A stretch of DNA of 64,000 nt from Eledone cirrhosa (GCA_964016885.1 OZ024745.1:70060001-70124000); one strand, 5' to 3'. Shown: positions 1-17,279, counted from the stretch's first letter. Numbers and translations are program-made. Notes: generated from the sequence alone by a model not told the origin.

Positions 1-819
1 CTCTCTCACACACACACATACACTCACACACACACACAACACAAACTTATGTTTCAAGAGAGTGTCCGGAAATTTAGACACGACGATCTTCATCGGATGT
101 TGCTCGTAATTGTTAAAGCAACTGTGAAAATATGACATGGAATGTGATGTGTGACGTTTGTAATGTTTGCCCTGTAAAGAAATTGTATCCTATTTCTACA
201 TTTCAAGATTACTTCAGCCTTTCTATTCATTGTCTTTGCGGGATGATTCAGGATATGATTTTTTTTATTCAATATGCATTAGATCGATTTAGTGTGGTTG
301 CTTTTCTATGACAAACCTAATGATATTGGTACAATCGCCAGACCAAAGCAATTCAGTAATAGTTTAAAACGTGGCAGATTATGCTAGATGTAGAAATAGC
401 ATATACAGCCCCCCGCTACAACCACACCCCCACCCTATCACCACGACCACCACCACCAACAACAACGACAACAACAACAACAACCACAACAACACTACCA
501 CCAACAATGAATTGTAAGATAGAGCTGTTCTCGACTGAAACATTTAGCATATATTTTTGTCTATCTCTTCTTGAGGTAACATTCTAACCAGATGTGACAT
601 TACACATCACCTAACATAAAGTAAATTCGTCTCTATTTTTCTTCTCGCACTCCTAGTTTTATGTCTATTTCTGGAATATTATATCAATCTCTATTTTTTT
701 TTAACTTTAGCTCTTTGTTATTCCATTTATAAATTACAATAATAATTAACATGCCATAACATTTCCGTGAATGTAAATGAACCATTATAACAAAAAGAAA
801 TTAAGTACCCCAATGGAAA

Positions 820-1660
820 CGGAGAATATATGTGATATATTTAGCATCGAGGGTACCAATTCTACTGAATGTACTTCCGAGATACACATAGCTGCCCACT
901 ACCTCAAGTCTTTTCCCTCTCACGAAAATGTTTGGCTACACATACACTTTCCCAACTGGTGGAGTGTACATGGCCTCTGCCAATTTTATACTAATATTTA
1001 GCCAAAACACAGTGCATAAATTGGAGGTGTTTAATATCAACTCCATGACCTCTACTGTGTGAGCCACAAAATCTGCATCACCAGCATACAGGAACTCCCT
1101 AACAAGAGAGACACATATTCTGGGCTTGGTGTTACACCGTCGTAGATTAAAGACTTTCCCACAAGTGTACACCGATGGCAAAGTCTTGGAGTGCATATGT
1201 CAGCAGCATGACAAAGTAAATGGAGAAATAATTGAGGTACTTATTTGTCACCTTGCTTGACAGAGTCACATTGAAGTTCACTTTTGTTTTGTCGTATTTT
1301 GAGAGCATCCAAGTTTCCTCAATATTACCCACAATACACTATGATTAACGTTATCAAAGCTTCGGTAAGGTCCACAAATAATTGCTATAGTGGCACTTGC
1401 TGCTCTACACACTCCGTAATACCCTGCCCAATTCTGAATCCATACTGTGTCTCAGTGATGGCACCAGGGCGACCCATATTATTAGACGATTCAGCAAGAC
1501 ATTTGATAAGACTTTTCTTACCGATCTGAGCAGACTTATACCATAATAATGACCGTATTCTGACTTGGAACGCTTGCCATTGTAAATCGAGAATAAAATT
1601 GATTCTACCCAGTTTTGTTGGACATGCTTACCCCGCCATATAGATAAGACTAGCCCAGGA
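820..1660 (-). mobile_element. Decayed RTE-clade LINE, reverse transcriptase fragment
   Basis: Successive minus-strand frames give YYGISLLRSVRKVLSNVLLNRL, FSIYFVMLLTYALQD, GKVFNLRR...VREFLYAGDADFVAHT...LNISIKLAEAMYTP and LEVVGSYVYLGSTF. These match RTE RT motifs (YRGISLLS..GK, LFNLRRL, RELLFADD, FTYLGS), with frameshifts and a degenerate ADD. Confidence 0.88.
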
Positions 1661-1664
1661 TCCA

Positions 1665-1783
<119 letters not shown>

Positions 1784-2129
1784 ACATGCCTGATTAAATC
1801 ATATTCAATATATAGTGTACCGTACAAATACGCTTTATTTTTTTTGCTAATCTTGCTAAAAACCGTTATTCAAATTTGTCTCGTTGCCTTATTTCGTTCG
1901 ACAGATTATCGTTCTTATTGATGACTCCCAGAATCTGTCTTGGTATTGGCACCTCATTATTTCATTGACTTTCTTAAATAAAGAAATCCTTCGATATATA
2001 TTAAATTGGTGTGTGAACGTCTGTGAAACCGCATATGGCTCAGTCGAATACAACAAATACGCATCCGCATTCATACCCACGCTCACACACACACATAGAG
2101 CTTATCAATATAGCTGTAAATCTATAGAA

Positions 2130-2275
2130 ATTCCCGTCTGTCCCTATTCACTCACAATTCTCGATCCAAATGTGGGTAATAAATAGACTCACCCCAAACT
2201 CAACAGAGTAAAATCGAATCCAGAGGCCCATGATTACGAAGTGAATTTCTTAATCACTTACCCATGTCTGCATCC
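2130..2275 (-). mobile_element. Degenerate tRNA-derived SINE fragment
   Basis: The reverse complement resembles a SINE tRNA head with a B-box-like GATTCGATT, similar to the 44443 copy. Confidence 0.4.
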
Positions 2276-3997
2276 TCTATACAGATTTGTAAACGAACTA
2301 AATCGTTGTGTAGAAATTAGTTTATCCTATTGGATATAGTTGAATTGTTACACCCGTGTCAAGATTATTGTGTTGAAATATTTTCTTACCACGCTTACGT
2401 GTAATTATATAACTACATGATGGACGTTTGGTAGACAATCAATTGTATTATCGATAATCAATTAAAAACTTAGTCTTTGTCTCTAGTAGTTAATGGCTGA
2501 AACTTCAACAAGAAATGAATGTTTTCGACAGCTTTGTATTAATCAGTCCATTACTTTAGGATGACAGGGTGATTATGCACATACTTTACGATTATGTATT
2601 GACTGTGTGATAATAGTACATCAATATTCACTTTCATTTCTATGGTCATGACAATTGCATAAAATTTCTGAAGATATACGAAACTGATGAAGCGGTTTTA
2701 TTTTCTTGACATCGTGTATAATTTAGCATTTCTACTGCTGGGTAGCTCCATTTAATCACGTCAACCGTTATAGGCAAATTATTAACCGTTATGTGCAAAT
2801 TATTGCTTAAAAACTATCTTTTCTCCTCTAAATCCTGGAAGATATGAATAGAAAGAAATTGTCATAACTCATATTAAGACATGCTGCTCGTTGATCCATA
2901 CAGACTTTTCTTTCAAACACTGACCACATTTTATTTACCTATACTTATTATATTCATTGCATGTTAATTCAGATGACACACGATACTCTGATGTGTGAGA
3001 GAGGTCAATTTTCATAATTATAGATGAGCTTCTAAATAAATAAACCAATGATGTTTATGCAATGGAGCATCAATGGAAACAACGAAATACACTTGTTCGT
3101 TCATTGATGAAAACCATGATTTTATTTACATGATTATTTGTGATTCTATGCCCGTAGGTGTCCATTGAGTCTAGTACTGACACCGAAGTAGTGATCGTAT
3201 TTAAGGCACGTGTGTGCTTTGATTCCTTTAAATCGCTGTCCCCGATGCGTGTTTGTCGAGTATTTTGCGCCTTTTAGGAATAATAGTTTACTTTTGAGAA
3301 CAATTCTAAGCAAGCTGTTCCCAATAATACTGATAAAATGATACTTCACAAATCATAGTATTTATCTATTTCATCAATATATATGTAATAATAGCCGAAG
3401 TGGTTGTTAATCACTTTTAAGTCGAAAACACATCTAGTTTCAGTTGGATGTTACTTCATGGTCTTTGTAGAGAGACAAACGAAATAATTACCCTGAATAA
3501 TGGTGGAAGTGTGTTGAAAGAGCCACCATACAATATGGACCACCTTCTTATGAATGGCCATCTACATCTCAATCACACTATGTAGCGAGGTTCTACCTGG
3601 TCCCAGGGCACTAACTGGGTTAGCTTACATTAGCGCATACTATTACGGACATACTGAAAATTTGACTACTAAATTGAATATATTACTCAAGCCTACTCAG
3701 ATGAAGTCTTGAATTGTGGGTAGAAAGACATTTTGATTTGTGATTTATGTCGTTTAACACTAATGAAATAATGATAACATACGTTGACACAGTCTTTTAA
3801 CAATAGTCTATGAAGAATTTGTATTAGAATTCGTATCAGACTTTCTCAAAATACATATTTATTTATTAATTAGTAAAATTAAAGACTTCAATAATACTTA
3901 ACACAAGAATATATAATTTAGCACTGACATTTTGATAAATTAATCACACACACACACACGTACACACACACACACACACATACATATATATGTAAAT

Positions 3998-5036
3998 AAT
4001 GTAAGCACACATAGCTAGGTAGGTAACTAATTAAAGTTTAACTAGAACTTCAAATATAGATACCTATCCAATTGATTAATCACCTTTGTATATATTTCTT
4101 TAAGTAAGAAATATATTTCACCAATTAATCCAATTAATTAGTGGGGTGAATAGGACAATCGACAGCCAGAAATAGCAGCCGAGTCTATTCAACTGAATTA
4201 GCTCAACAATCAAGGGGCCGTATAGATTGACATATATATATATAAAATAAACATATGAAACAATCTCGAGAATTTGACTGCTGTGATCTACGGATTAATT
4301 GGTGAAATATATTTCTTACTTAAAGAAATATATACAAAGGAGATTAATCATTTTAAAAGGTATCTATATTTGAAGTTCTAGTTAAACTTTAATTAGTTAC
4401 CTACCTAGCTATGTGTGCTTACATTCCTTACAAATTATTCCCTGAGATTGTTTCATATGTTTATTTTATATATATATGTCAATCTATTTCTAGTTGATAT
4501 GTAATGCTGGGATCTATTCATTGGAATCTTTGAGCTTATTCTACAGTGTATATGGCGCATGTCTCTCAGACATGACAACCCTTAATTTTAATGTTGAATA
4601 TATATACGGCCGCTTGATTGTTGAGCTAATTCAGTTGAGCTAATTCAGCTGCTATTTCTGGCTGTCGATGGTCCTATTCACCCCACTGGGATGACTTTGT
4701 GCAATGTGTGTATTTTTTTTAAAATGCAACACACGGTTCGTGTCATTCACAGATTTGCATTTCCTTTGTAAACGCAGATAGTTATCTTCTTCTCCTTTGA
4801 TGAACATCCGATAATTTGACTGCTGTGATTTACGAATTAATTGGTGAAATATATTTCTTACTTAAAAAAAATACACAAAGGAGATTACTCATTTAAAAGG
4901 TATCTATATTTGAAGTTCTAGTTAAACTTTAATTAGTTACCTACCTAGGTGTGCTTATGTTCTTTACAAATTATTCCCTGAGCTTGTTTCATATGTTTAT
5001 TTTATATATATATATGTCAATCTATTTCTAGTTGAT
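3998..5036. mobile_element. Scrambled inverted plus direct repeat element, PLE pseudo-LTR-like
   Basis: 3998-4140 is the reverse complement of about 4295-4425. Block 4271-4500 is directly repeated at 4812-5036. 4141-4225 is inverted at 4605-4687. Confidence 0.75.
4791..4884 (+). ncRNA. Degenerate hammerhead-like motif
   Basis: tctcct-TTGATGA-stem II (ccgataattt/gaattaattgg)-GAAA-long stem III (intact in the 4304-4343 copy: tatatttctt/aagaaatata)-TA-caaaggaga. The core is non-canonical. Confidence 0.4.
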
Positions 5037-5102
5037 ATACATATATATAGATATATCAAAATAAAAATCCGAAGGCATGGTATACATTTCCAATCATTTT
5101 AA

Positions 5103-5176
5103 TCACGACACATGTTTCAATGAGAGATAGATCGATGGTGTAGCCATGATCGATTATCACTGATCTCGTCAGGTGA
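5103..5176 (-). ncRNA. Type I hammerhead ribozyme candidate
   Basis: Minus strand reads tcac-CTGACGA-(long stem II region)-GAAAC-ATGT-GTC-gtga. Confidence 0.6.
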
Positions 5177-5530
5177 AAATGAATTGTCTTCAAATCCTTG
5201 ATATAAGGGAGAAAATTAACGAGGTTCACTCACAGAGTTTAATCCCTCATATGAAGATCAAGCAGTCAGAACACGGCGACTGCTATCTTCCTCAGTTAGG
5301 GTCATAAAACTATCAAGTCTCTATCTCCATATAGCTTTAAAAAACGCTGGACATCAATAAAATCTGTAGAATTACAGTCGGTCACAGACGAGAATCTCTC
5401 TTGCAACGAAGGCCGTATGGCCTACGTTTTATTTTTGGGATTCGAAACCGATCGGTAAAGGTAACTATAGTAGGTAAAGTCAATTTTTTAAAATTTATTT
5501 TGAAACTTTTTCATTATTTACTAAACCTTG

Positions 5531-5571
<41 letters not shown>

Positions 5572-5613
5572 TATATACGTATATATATATATATATACAT
5601 AGGAAAAGGTTTT

Positions 5614-5699
5614 ACCCCTTGAAAAGTTCATCCATTTATTTACCACGCTAAAAATTCTAGAAATAGCCGTCGAGACGGCTTGAGCTCAGCCGTCGGGGT
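5614..5699 (+). ncRNA. Type I hammerhead, U3-A8 core, full stem III
   Basis: acccc-TTGAAAA-...-GAGA-cggct(tgagctc)agccg-TC-ggggt. Partial sister copies at about 8505-8540 (-), 51415-51450 (+) and 53563-53600 (-) keep the canonical GAAA. Confidence 0.65.
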
Positions 5700-6302
5700 T
5701 AAACATTTTCTTATTACCCACTCTACTACCCTAAGATTTGAGTACTCTGGTGCATTATGGTCTATCCGGTTCCTTACCCGTATCATCCAAAGGAATTGGA
5801 AAAAATTGGGTCAACCACAACCCTATACACACGCAAGTAAGTTCAGTTCAGCGTTCTGCTATACGTGTATAGATTGAATTGTAACATACGTATCTCCAAA
5901 CAGTGTATGTTATGGTATATACACATCCGTATCGTCCAAAATAGGGTATGTTTAGGTATATACACATCCCTGTGAAGAGCAAGTAGTCAGCTCATATCGA
6001 ACTCAGTATGTGCCGTTGTCCCATTGAGAATCTGAGTCCCCAAATATGTGCGTGCAAGCAACCGCTATGTAGGCCACCACGAGGCTCTGTGTAGGGTTGG
6101 GTACTTGGGTTAAATCTGTCAGTATGCGCGATCTCCTGTCATATGGGCCCTTGAGATTTTAAGATAGGTGTTTAAGTGGTGGAGGTGTGTTATCCAACAC
6201 AAAAGCAAAATAAATAACAAATAATAGCAAAACCCAGAGAATGTGTGTAGGGCCATTAATGGTGTGTAAGTATTATTGTCCAATCAGTAATATTTATATA
6301 TA

Positions 6303-6449
<147 letters not shown>

Positions 6450-6450
6450 A

Positions 6451-6970
6451 AACAAATAGTGAAAAGGAAAAAAATACAGAATAAAATGCTGGAGGCATTT
6501 TTTCAGTATGACATATACAACCTTTATTTATAAAATGGTGGTTTCCGCATTTAATCGTGGTACCGGTTTCAGCCTTATATGCCTTTTCAACGAGTGAAGA
6601 GTAAAGTGCAGTTAATTTGCATATTTATACGAGTATTAATATAATGGAGAAGAAAAATGATTAGTTTTTACATACATATTTAGAGAGGAAACTTCACATA
6701 TCTGTCCGAAGCTCTCTTTCCCTCTCTGCATACATCTCTAACTATGTATGTAAAATCTAATAATTTATCTTCTCAATTTTATTATTATTCGTATAAATAT
6801 GCAATTCAATTGCACTTTAAACTTCCTTCGTTGAAAAAGTATATAATGCTGAAACCGGTACAACGATTGAATGCGGATATCCCCACTTCATAAATAAGTG
6901 TTTTCATATTATACTGAAAAGATCCCTCAACCATTTTCTACTGTATTTTTATCCTTTTCACTATTTGCTT
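6451..6970. mobile_element. Fold-back element in (TA)n with a hammerhead in each arm
   Basis: Diverged inverted arms at about 6451-6688 and 6731-6970. Cores TTGAAAA-stem II-GAAACCGGTA lie at 6555-6593 (-) and 6828-6866 (+). Confidence 0.75.
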
Positions 6971-7034
6971 ATATATATATCAACTCGTGTGTCACTTTTC
7001 TACATTCCGTATATAGATATATATATATATTATT

Positions 7035-8489
<1,455 letters not shown>

Positions 8490-11400
8490 ATAGGAAAATG
8501 TATGACCCCGACGGCAGAGCTCAAGCCGTTTCGACGGCTATATATATCAAGCAGTTGGCAAGCAATTGGATTTATCTTAATTTTGGAAATAAAATTACTT
8601 AAATTAACATTTTTCCATTAATCTAATGACACTGTTTTAAAGTTAGTTATTCTCATAAAACAAATTAGGGGCTGCTTCATAATAGGATTATTTTCGAACG
8701 CGCAGAGATACAGATGACCATGCGGAAGAGCCTAACATAGCAATTGGATTTGGTCTTTCAGCAGATCCCGGGAGTATGGTAATCTATATTTTGTCAATCA
8801 GAACCATGAAACAACTGAATTAAACGTGATGTTCTAAAATAATATTTTGTACTTTATAATGGTTGAGATGAAAGAAAATTAGATCCTCCTTTGTTCGTTA
8901 ATAAATAATTGAATGTAATTTTCTAATTAGTTTCCTCGACATAGATCCACCAATAAAAAAAAAGGTAGGAGCAGATTTTATTCAGCTTGTGTGCATACTT
9001 TTCTAGTACAAGTAAAGTATATTTGATCAGATTGAATCAAGTAGAGAAATGCGTGGTTTGATACAATACAGAATGTAAAATAAACAGTACAAATCCGTAT
9101 AATGGGAATTAAAAGCAACTTTGCTTTTTCTTCCTATAACAAACAACACGTCACTGACTAATACAGCAATCAATAATGTACATAGAGCTTATGCTTTGGG
9201 GCATTCCTTCTATCAGCTGTCGACTGGAGATCTCTACAATTTCGACACTTAGCAATAACAAAAACGTGATGCATCGATGATGCTACACAGTAATGTTAAC
9301 ATATTCACACTTACAATAAAGACCACTACATTTGTTTTCTATCTGTGTGTATGAATTCCAAACAACTGCGCCAATCATTACAGAGCCAATCATTTTCGAA
9401 TCCTCTCTGTTTAAATTGTACTTTTGATAAATCTACGATTAGAATAACTTTCCTTGCTGTTTAGTTGGATAACCAACCTATATAAAATGTGTTTATATAT
9501 AATACAGTATCGATGTAAGTAATTTAAGTTGCAATCATATCACAGCTACTTCGGTACCAGGCTATGTATCTCGTAAGACATGTGTTTCAGAGGTGTTACT
9601 CTTTTTCATGGCTACATAGAACAACGCATATATTCAATTTGCTCATGCGTCACCTAATCCGTTCTCTTCAAATTAAATTCAATTTCCTTAAATTGTCACT
9701 ATATATAAAAAAAAACAACTGGAATACACTTAATGCTGATCATAACTCAGGACTATATGTATACTCCTAGGAGAAAGAAAAAGCAACAGGAAACGAAAGA
9801 AGGATCATCTATGCTAGAAATAACAGTCTCATCGTTAATGACACACCCCCGTTAATGCTAAAAGAATGAATGGCATTAAAAATGTAAAAACAGTATACCT
9901 GAAAAGGGTTTTTATAAATGCAGAATTTCCATGATTGCAATACACTTGAAAATCTATCAGATGCCATGAGCAAAGATCATATGTAGCAAATCCTCATCAC
10001 CAGCAACATAAGAGTTAGGGAAAACACCTCGGAATATGATGAGAACAGAGGTAGATATCTACACAAAACAGTTGTCGGAGAGCCTGAGGATACAAGCTGA
10101 CAAGGCTAATAGCGGTTGAAAACTGTGTCGACCTTTGTGCCTTAATCACACTCTCCCACTTAGTACAATCGATATATTGCATAGCTATATGAAAGAAGGA
10201 GCCCTGTGTTTTATTAATTATATTAATGCAGCTCCCTCATCTGACCACTGGCAGCATGAAACACCAACAATATAATTGCATGATCCAATAGGATTTGAAA
10301 TAGCTAAATAATGCTTTGGGATTTACTAGATGAATGGGGTGTAACTGAAAACAGGAGACCTGGAAAGAGATAGCATTTCTGATATTGAACCAATTATATT
10401 ATGCGGCTATTTGATCCGGTTCTCTGTCATCTGATATCAAATTCCACCGTAATACACTTCTGTATTTCATTCTTCCGGGACCGATAAAGAAAGTGTTAGG
10501 CCAATGCTGGTGTACATCTGTCCCCGTCCATCTCCCACTGCCTTTGTGATCCATTTGATCATGCCATTTAAATCCCTGGGGGAAAACATTGACGTAATAC
10601 CAAATTATGGTCGATTACGAGTGACGGCCGCAGCCTATACTTAGTTATAAATTAATTTTATGAGCTATTTTTATTGATATAGGAAGGGGTTTATTTTAAA
10701 CGGGGTTTCTGATAACGCTATAGGCAGTGGATTGCTAGAATTGATAGCGCGTTGGATAATACCAGTCTGTGCAATCGTTTCAGCTTTCTACGTTCCGAGT
10801 GCATCGTTACCTTTGCCGAGGTCCATTTAATTGATTTTCCTTCGGGGTTGATAACGTACAAGTCTGCTATCAAATGGATCCCGCCCCCTCTCTCCTTTTT
10901 TGATATAAATCTACTCTGTACAGGCATTATGTAGGTCAGAACGGTGACTCAATTATTTCATCAGAAACTGAGGCGCAAGGAATATAAGAAAAAGTATGAA
11001 ACCAAGTGTGCCAATGAGTGCATTGTGTTTGAATCTGTGTATAACAGGAGACCTCAGAAAACCTTTGTAAAAGCTGATTTTACTTATTGAGAAAATGACC
11101 CCCAAAAGAAACTTAGTATTCGCTTATAAAATTCCTCAGGAAACCCTGAAACTGGAGATGAAAATAGAAACAAAAAAGAAAACTTTTTAAGTCGGTATTA
11201 TTGAATATCCATCTATGTCGTATCCGATTTGTGATTCTTCATTGATTTCTTCAGATATTGAAATATTGAACGACACGCAGAAATGACAATGTCGATATTA
11301 TTACTGTTTAACGGATAATAGATATAGGTGTGTTGTTATTATTGCTAGCAATATTTTACAGTAGCAGCTAATCAGTGAAATGTCCTCACTTACTAATATA

Positions 11401-11681
11401 TGTGTGTGTATTATATATATACACGTTTGTGTGTATCTAATATACCTATATTAATATTAATGTATGAAAATGTATATTTGTGCGTAGGTGGGTGCAGATG
11501 AATCCGTCTATGTATGTTTGGCTTCCTACTTTTTTTTCTATCAGACAATCTATCTATCTCTCCATCACATACCCACGTACACACACACGCACACATACAC
11601 ACATACACACATACACATCCACCTATACATACATACAGAAAACATATATACATATATCCTCTAGATATTTGAGTTATATAC

Positions 11682-11966
<285 letters not shown>

Positions 11967-13559
11967 GGACGAATAAATATATGTAAGACTGTTTTTAGAC
12001 TTGGACACATAAATATTCGCACATATTTCTTCTTTAGGTATACAGGAATATCAATTGAAGTATATCAATTAAACAGACACGTCTAATAATGAGATACCAT
12101 TACCCCGCCAGGCCTACTTTGGAACACGGATCAACTGTATTCACTTCAGGGTTTATATCAGAATAGGAGACCTAACATTTATGGAACCCTAGAGAACAAT
12201 AGATGAAATAGATAACCCTTGATATCTATATTGGATTGCCGAATAGGTTTCTCAGAGTCTTGCCAATTTGTTCAGTGTAGTGACTTCAAGGCATATTGCC
12301 TGTTAGGCAAGACATTTATTTCGATTCGTGCTATATTCATATAGCACGTGTAATGCTCCGATATTTTTGGTGGGTGATATATCATAAATGAACCATGATT
12401 CACTTCTCAAACTCACAAATATCTAAAGCATTTCATACAAAATAAGATTTGCATAGATACACAAATTGTAATTATACTCATTACCTGCTTCCAAACATAT
12501 TCTTCATTTGTCTGCTTACATATCTTATCCTATTTTGTCCAGGGAAACGCGTAACCTAACTCGAAATATTCTCAAGAAAATATTCGAGTAAGGTTTACAT
12601 TTTAACCTTCCGTTTATATGTTTTCTTCCATGTAAGTTTTAAATTTTAAAATTTGCCTTGGGTTTATACCTTAAATTACCCTGTAGGTTTAAATGTTAAC
12701 CCACCATAACATTTTAACCTCCATTGTATGATTGAATGATATGGTATTTATAGACATGTGTATGATTTGAAATAGGCTAATAACGGACAGAGAAATTTGT
12801 AAATAATCCAATCAGTAAATGTATTCTATTTATATCGAATGACATTATTGAAAAGGTAGCTGGTTTGGCAGTAATTATATTATTAGATGTTATAAATGCT
12901 GAATACACCATAATGTTCGTGTATTTAGCACAACTGAACCTAGTTTATGTGAAATCAAACCGAAGGTATGATATCAATTAACAGAAAAAAGAAGAAAAAT
13001 AATCAGAAGATATACTGTATGTGTAATGTCCTAACTGGAATAGATTGTTAACCCTCACCTCCACCAATCCAACATCACATTTATACCTTCCTCTTGCCGC
13101 TACTTCTTTGACTCTAATCGTTGTAAGCGACACTACAATCAGTTACTACTTCTACTTGGTATTCTTATAGATACTAATATTGCATCTAGCTACGCTTCTA
13201 TTGTAAATACAATAAACAGGTACCAAGATCCAGTATCTTTGTAGTTAGTATCTCAAGATGACAAGTGATGACATCCTGGTCTGGATATTTAACTCATTAC
13301 TACAGAAATCAACTTTATTTCACCCCTTCTTTGCTTCTCATTTGAAAGGATTAGTAGAAAATGAGACAATTCTCTGATCAAATAACTTCGGCAAGAAATT
13401 TTACAACCTTTATTCTTGAGCTGTATATACGATAAAATGTTATTACAGCTACTACTGCAAAATATGTGCCAGTAGTAGAGGAGGAGGCGACGGTGGCAGA
13501 GGCACCATCGTTCTGACATTACAGCCTGGATCACGAAGCATCAGTTCCATTAACTCAAT

Positions 13560-15346
13560 CGTTATCATTATTATCATCGTCTTTATCTCAATTATCAGCA
13601 ACACACCCACATCCCACCAGGAACATAATCAGCCAGCACAGCGGCAGCCACCACTAATATTATCATCAACAACAAAAACGACAACATCATATTCACTATA
13701 ATATCAATAATAGTAATAATTATAATAATAACATCAGCAGTAATAAGAATAATTTTAATAGTAACAACAATAATTAACAGTAATTGTAATCGTGACCTCT
13801 ACTCTATACGGACGTCAACCTTTACAACCAATAGTGTCACCAACTACATCGTCATCATCATCATTATCATCATTATCATAATTGTTGTCATCATCACCAT
13901 TATCTAAATAATATTAGCATTTTGAACAGTGACCTGGCTAATATCAATAGTATAATCGAACGCCCCTGTATACGAATATATTTTTACTGAATCCTAGATT
14001 GTTATTGAAGCCGAAGTAGTAGTTTTTAGTCGACCTTTCGAGTGTCGCGTGCGTTTACCTTTCCTCTACTGATATCTGTTGCGCCATTACGACTACATTT
14101 GGTGACACAGTACCTCTAGAAGATCCACCATTACAACCACTTCAACCATCACAGCCACTGCTACCACCACAATCAATAACCTTTTACAGTTCCATAACGC
14201 AATCCACCACTCAGAGAATAAATAACACAGCGAATTTTCCTCCGATTCTATTATGGAAATACTATTAAACAGTTAAAAACAAATTACATAAACATATATA
14301 TTTTTTTAATTGATGAAGTAAATATACGATATACACACACCTATCAGAGTACACCTAAATATTTTACTGTAGCACACAGCAGCACCGATTTCACAGCGTA
14401 CCATCATCGTCTTTTTATCAACTGTTTTCTCCTCATCCTTCCTTTTTCCATGTTTGCTTCCACCTCTGGAAATCTCACCAACACCATCGACACCACGACT
14501 ACCTTGCCGTCGCCCCCGTCATCGTTCCATTTACTTAAGAACTCCTACCGACGCTGCCACCAATGCAAAGCTGTTACTACTGCTTGCTATACGATAGCTG
14601 TTCAAATAATCACCAGGTCGGTCTCACCGTTGTCGCTCTTTTGAATGGGTTTCGACTCCCACCTTTTTCTCTCCTCGGATAAATCACTAACTGTAACAGC
14701 ATCACCTCTCAATGCTGTTGTAGTCGTTTTCCGTCGTCGTCTAACGTTGAGGTGGCCGACGGCGGCGGGAGGGGTCAGAAAGAAACAACAAGCCACGGTC
14801 CACGGGACTCGGACGAACAGCTACTACAAAAACAACAACCACAACAACAACGAAATCATCACCAGTGCTATTATTACCTCCACCGACATCACCATATTGC
14901 TAGTACAATCGTCAGTCGACAACAACTACAACAATTACTACGACTACCGCTACTACAAAGCCGCTGCCGCCACTTTGGCTAGTACTCTTTCTAATATCAC
15001 TAGTGTAACTGCTACTTATAGTAAGCCAACTACTATTTTTATCACTTCTTTTCTGTTTGTAATTGTTATTATTGTTCTATTATCCCTCGGCATCAAATAT
15101 AGTAAACATACGTTGCCTAATTTATACCTAACAAATTCTACCAATGTAACAATAATAATAATAACAGCTCCTTCCGTAAACAGTAAATATTTGTCCTTGT
15201 CGTTGGTAGTTTTGTCACCATTTTCTGGTATATTGTTGTTATTAGCAACTAGCAGCACCAGCACAAAAACACCAAAAACTATAACAACAGTAACAGCAGC
15301 TGCTGCGATCTCAACAAAAAGGTACACTGCAACGATAATAATAATA

Positions 15347-15418
<72 letters not shown>

Positions 15419-16900
15419 TTAATAATAGTAATAATAGTGAGGAGAAAAATTGTAAGAAAAATAGTAAAGAGAAAACGTGAAGAAAAAGTAAAAGAAAAAG
15501 AGAAAGTAATATTAACTGCAATAATAGAAGTGGCAGTTGTATCTACGAAACAAGTAGCTGCAGTGATAGTAAATACAGAATCCACTTTAGTAACGTCACC
15601 AATAATATCATCAATAGGCATCGAAGAATTTGTGACCGTAATAGAGACCAGTACTGCAACAAGAGGAAACAGTGTACCCACAGCTCGGTACGTAGGTGAC
15701 TGGTGTCGTCGTTGCCAGCACAACGACCACAACTACGATTACTACTACTACTACTACCACTATAACTACAAATATTACTACCACAACAACTACTACTGTC
15801 TTTACAAACACTGCCACTGCTTCCATCAACACAGCTGCAACTACAACATCTATCATAGCTTAGATAGCTGCTGCTGTTGCTGCTGCTACTGCAACTATCA
15901 TTGCTACAAGTGCTTTTATTGCTGCTGTTACTGTTGCTGCTGCTACAACGACAAAAAATCAAAACGAAACCCCAACAAGCAACGCCGCCTCCTCCTCCTC
16001 CTCCACCTCCTCCTCCACCCCCACCACCCATCATCACCTCCTCACTCACCCCCTCCTCTGCCGCACCCTCTCCCACCACCCCGCTTCCACCCCCACAAAC
16101 ACCACCCGCACCACCTAAATCTCCGCTCCAACACCTGGCGGGTCCACAACAACAACAAAACAAACACGATAACCGTTCACAACAAAAACGTCAGCAACGC
16201 CGCCAGGCTCCGCCACCACCCACTACACAACGCCAAATTAACAACCAAACCTCACCAAAGTACCAACAACACAATCAAGACAACAAACAACAACAACAAC
16301 AACAACAAAAACAAAAGCCACAACCACTTCAGGATCTGCATAACAATAAAAACAGCAAAATTATCGAAACTCAAAATCATCACTCCCGACCCCACCCCAA
16401 CCCCCACCAGGCCAACCACATCCCCTCCGCCACCACCGAACAGCAACACATTAACCATCAAAATCACAACCACCATAACATCCAGCAATCGGCAACCCAA
16501 GTTCATAGACACCACCCGGCTATTAGCACCAGTGACACCATTATTTCAGACACACCCACACATAGTAGCGGCCTGGAAAACTTTCAACTCCTCCAGCCTT
16601 CCCCTACGGCCCAGCAACACCTCCTTACTTCACCGACAACCCCAGTTACTGGGTCACCACATTTACTGTACCACCACCAACCTTCACCTCTGCCATCCGC
16701 TACTTCGTCGGTTGGAGATTTCCCTCCCAACGGCACCGCCACCGGAGTCGCCACTACTACCCCTCCTAACCACAACAATAACAAAAACAGTAAAAATAAA
16801 AACAATAACAATAACAATAACAACAATAACAATAACAACAACAAAAAAGTACCAGGATCAACTACTTCCTCTGTTACTGCAACAACACCAACTGTAACAA
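13560..16900. repeat. Trinucleotide-rich low-complexity region (ATC, AAT, CAA, CCA, GCT, TAC)
   Basis: Seen directly, including a near-perfect (AAT)n at about 15335-15435. GC is higher than in the flanks. Confidence 0.85.
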
Positions 16901-17279
16901 TAACGACAACAAGCCAAAAACATCCACAGCCTATTTACCACCATCCTCAACGCCCTCCACAACCCAACCATTCCCACTTGAATTTACAACAAACCAATAA
17001 AGTAGGCCCTCCTCTTCAAACTTTAACTTCTGGATCCATCAAGGACGCAAGGACTCAAAAGACATCTACGACAACTGGACACATATGTAGCGCTAGTTAT
17101 GATATGTGTTCAATGGGAAAAAGTAGGTCATTGAACCGAAAACTACCCACAAAACCTTCACTGGACGACGATATTACGGTTCTGGAAGAAGTTCCGGTGG
17201 TAGCCCTACCGCGTAAAGAGGAATCATCCAAGAGAGTCACCATTGCGACCCCAAAGGCGTTTGACACATCAAATAAAAG
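15877..17279 (+). CDS. Candidate large exon of a low-complexity Q/P/H/N/T-rich protein; 5' boundary unknown
   Basis: Frame 1 is open for about 1.5 kb and ends in protein-like MCSMGKSRSLNRKLPTKPSLDDDITVLEEVPVVALPRKEESSKRVTIATPKAFDTSNK. A putative donor AG|GTGGGC follows at 17279/17280, then an abrupt switch to AT-rich microsatellite. No family was recognised. Confidence 0.55.

Noticed and set aside
300-405. Mariner transposase C-terminus (TWQIMLDVEIAY)
   Set aside because: Too short and degenerate to support.
12545-12725. Telomere-like ggtt/aacc repeats and a hairpin
   Set aside because: There is no TTAGGG array; it is probably a degraded transposon-internal repeat.
14645-16897. 750-aa ORF as a real membrane or Cys-rich protein
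   Set aside because: The poly-I, poly-Y and poly-C tracts come from trinucleotide repeats and no domain is recognisable. It is kept only as a possible uORF.
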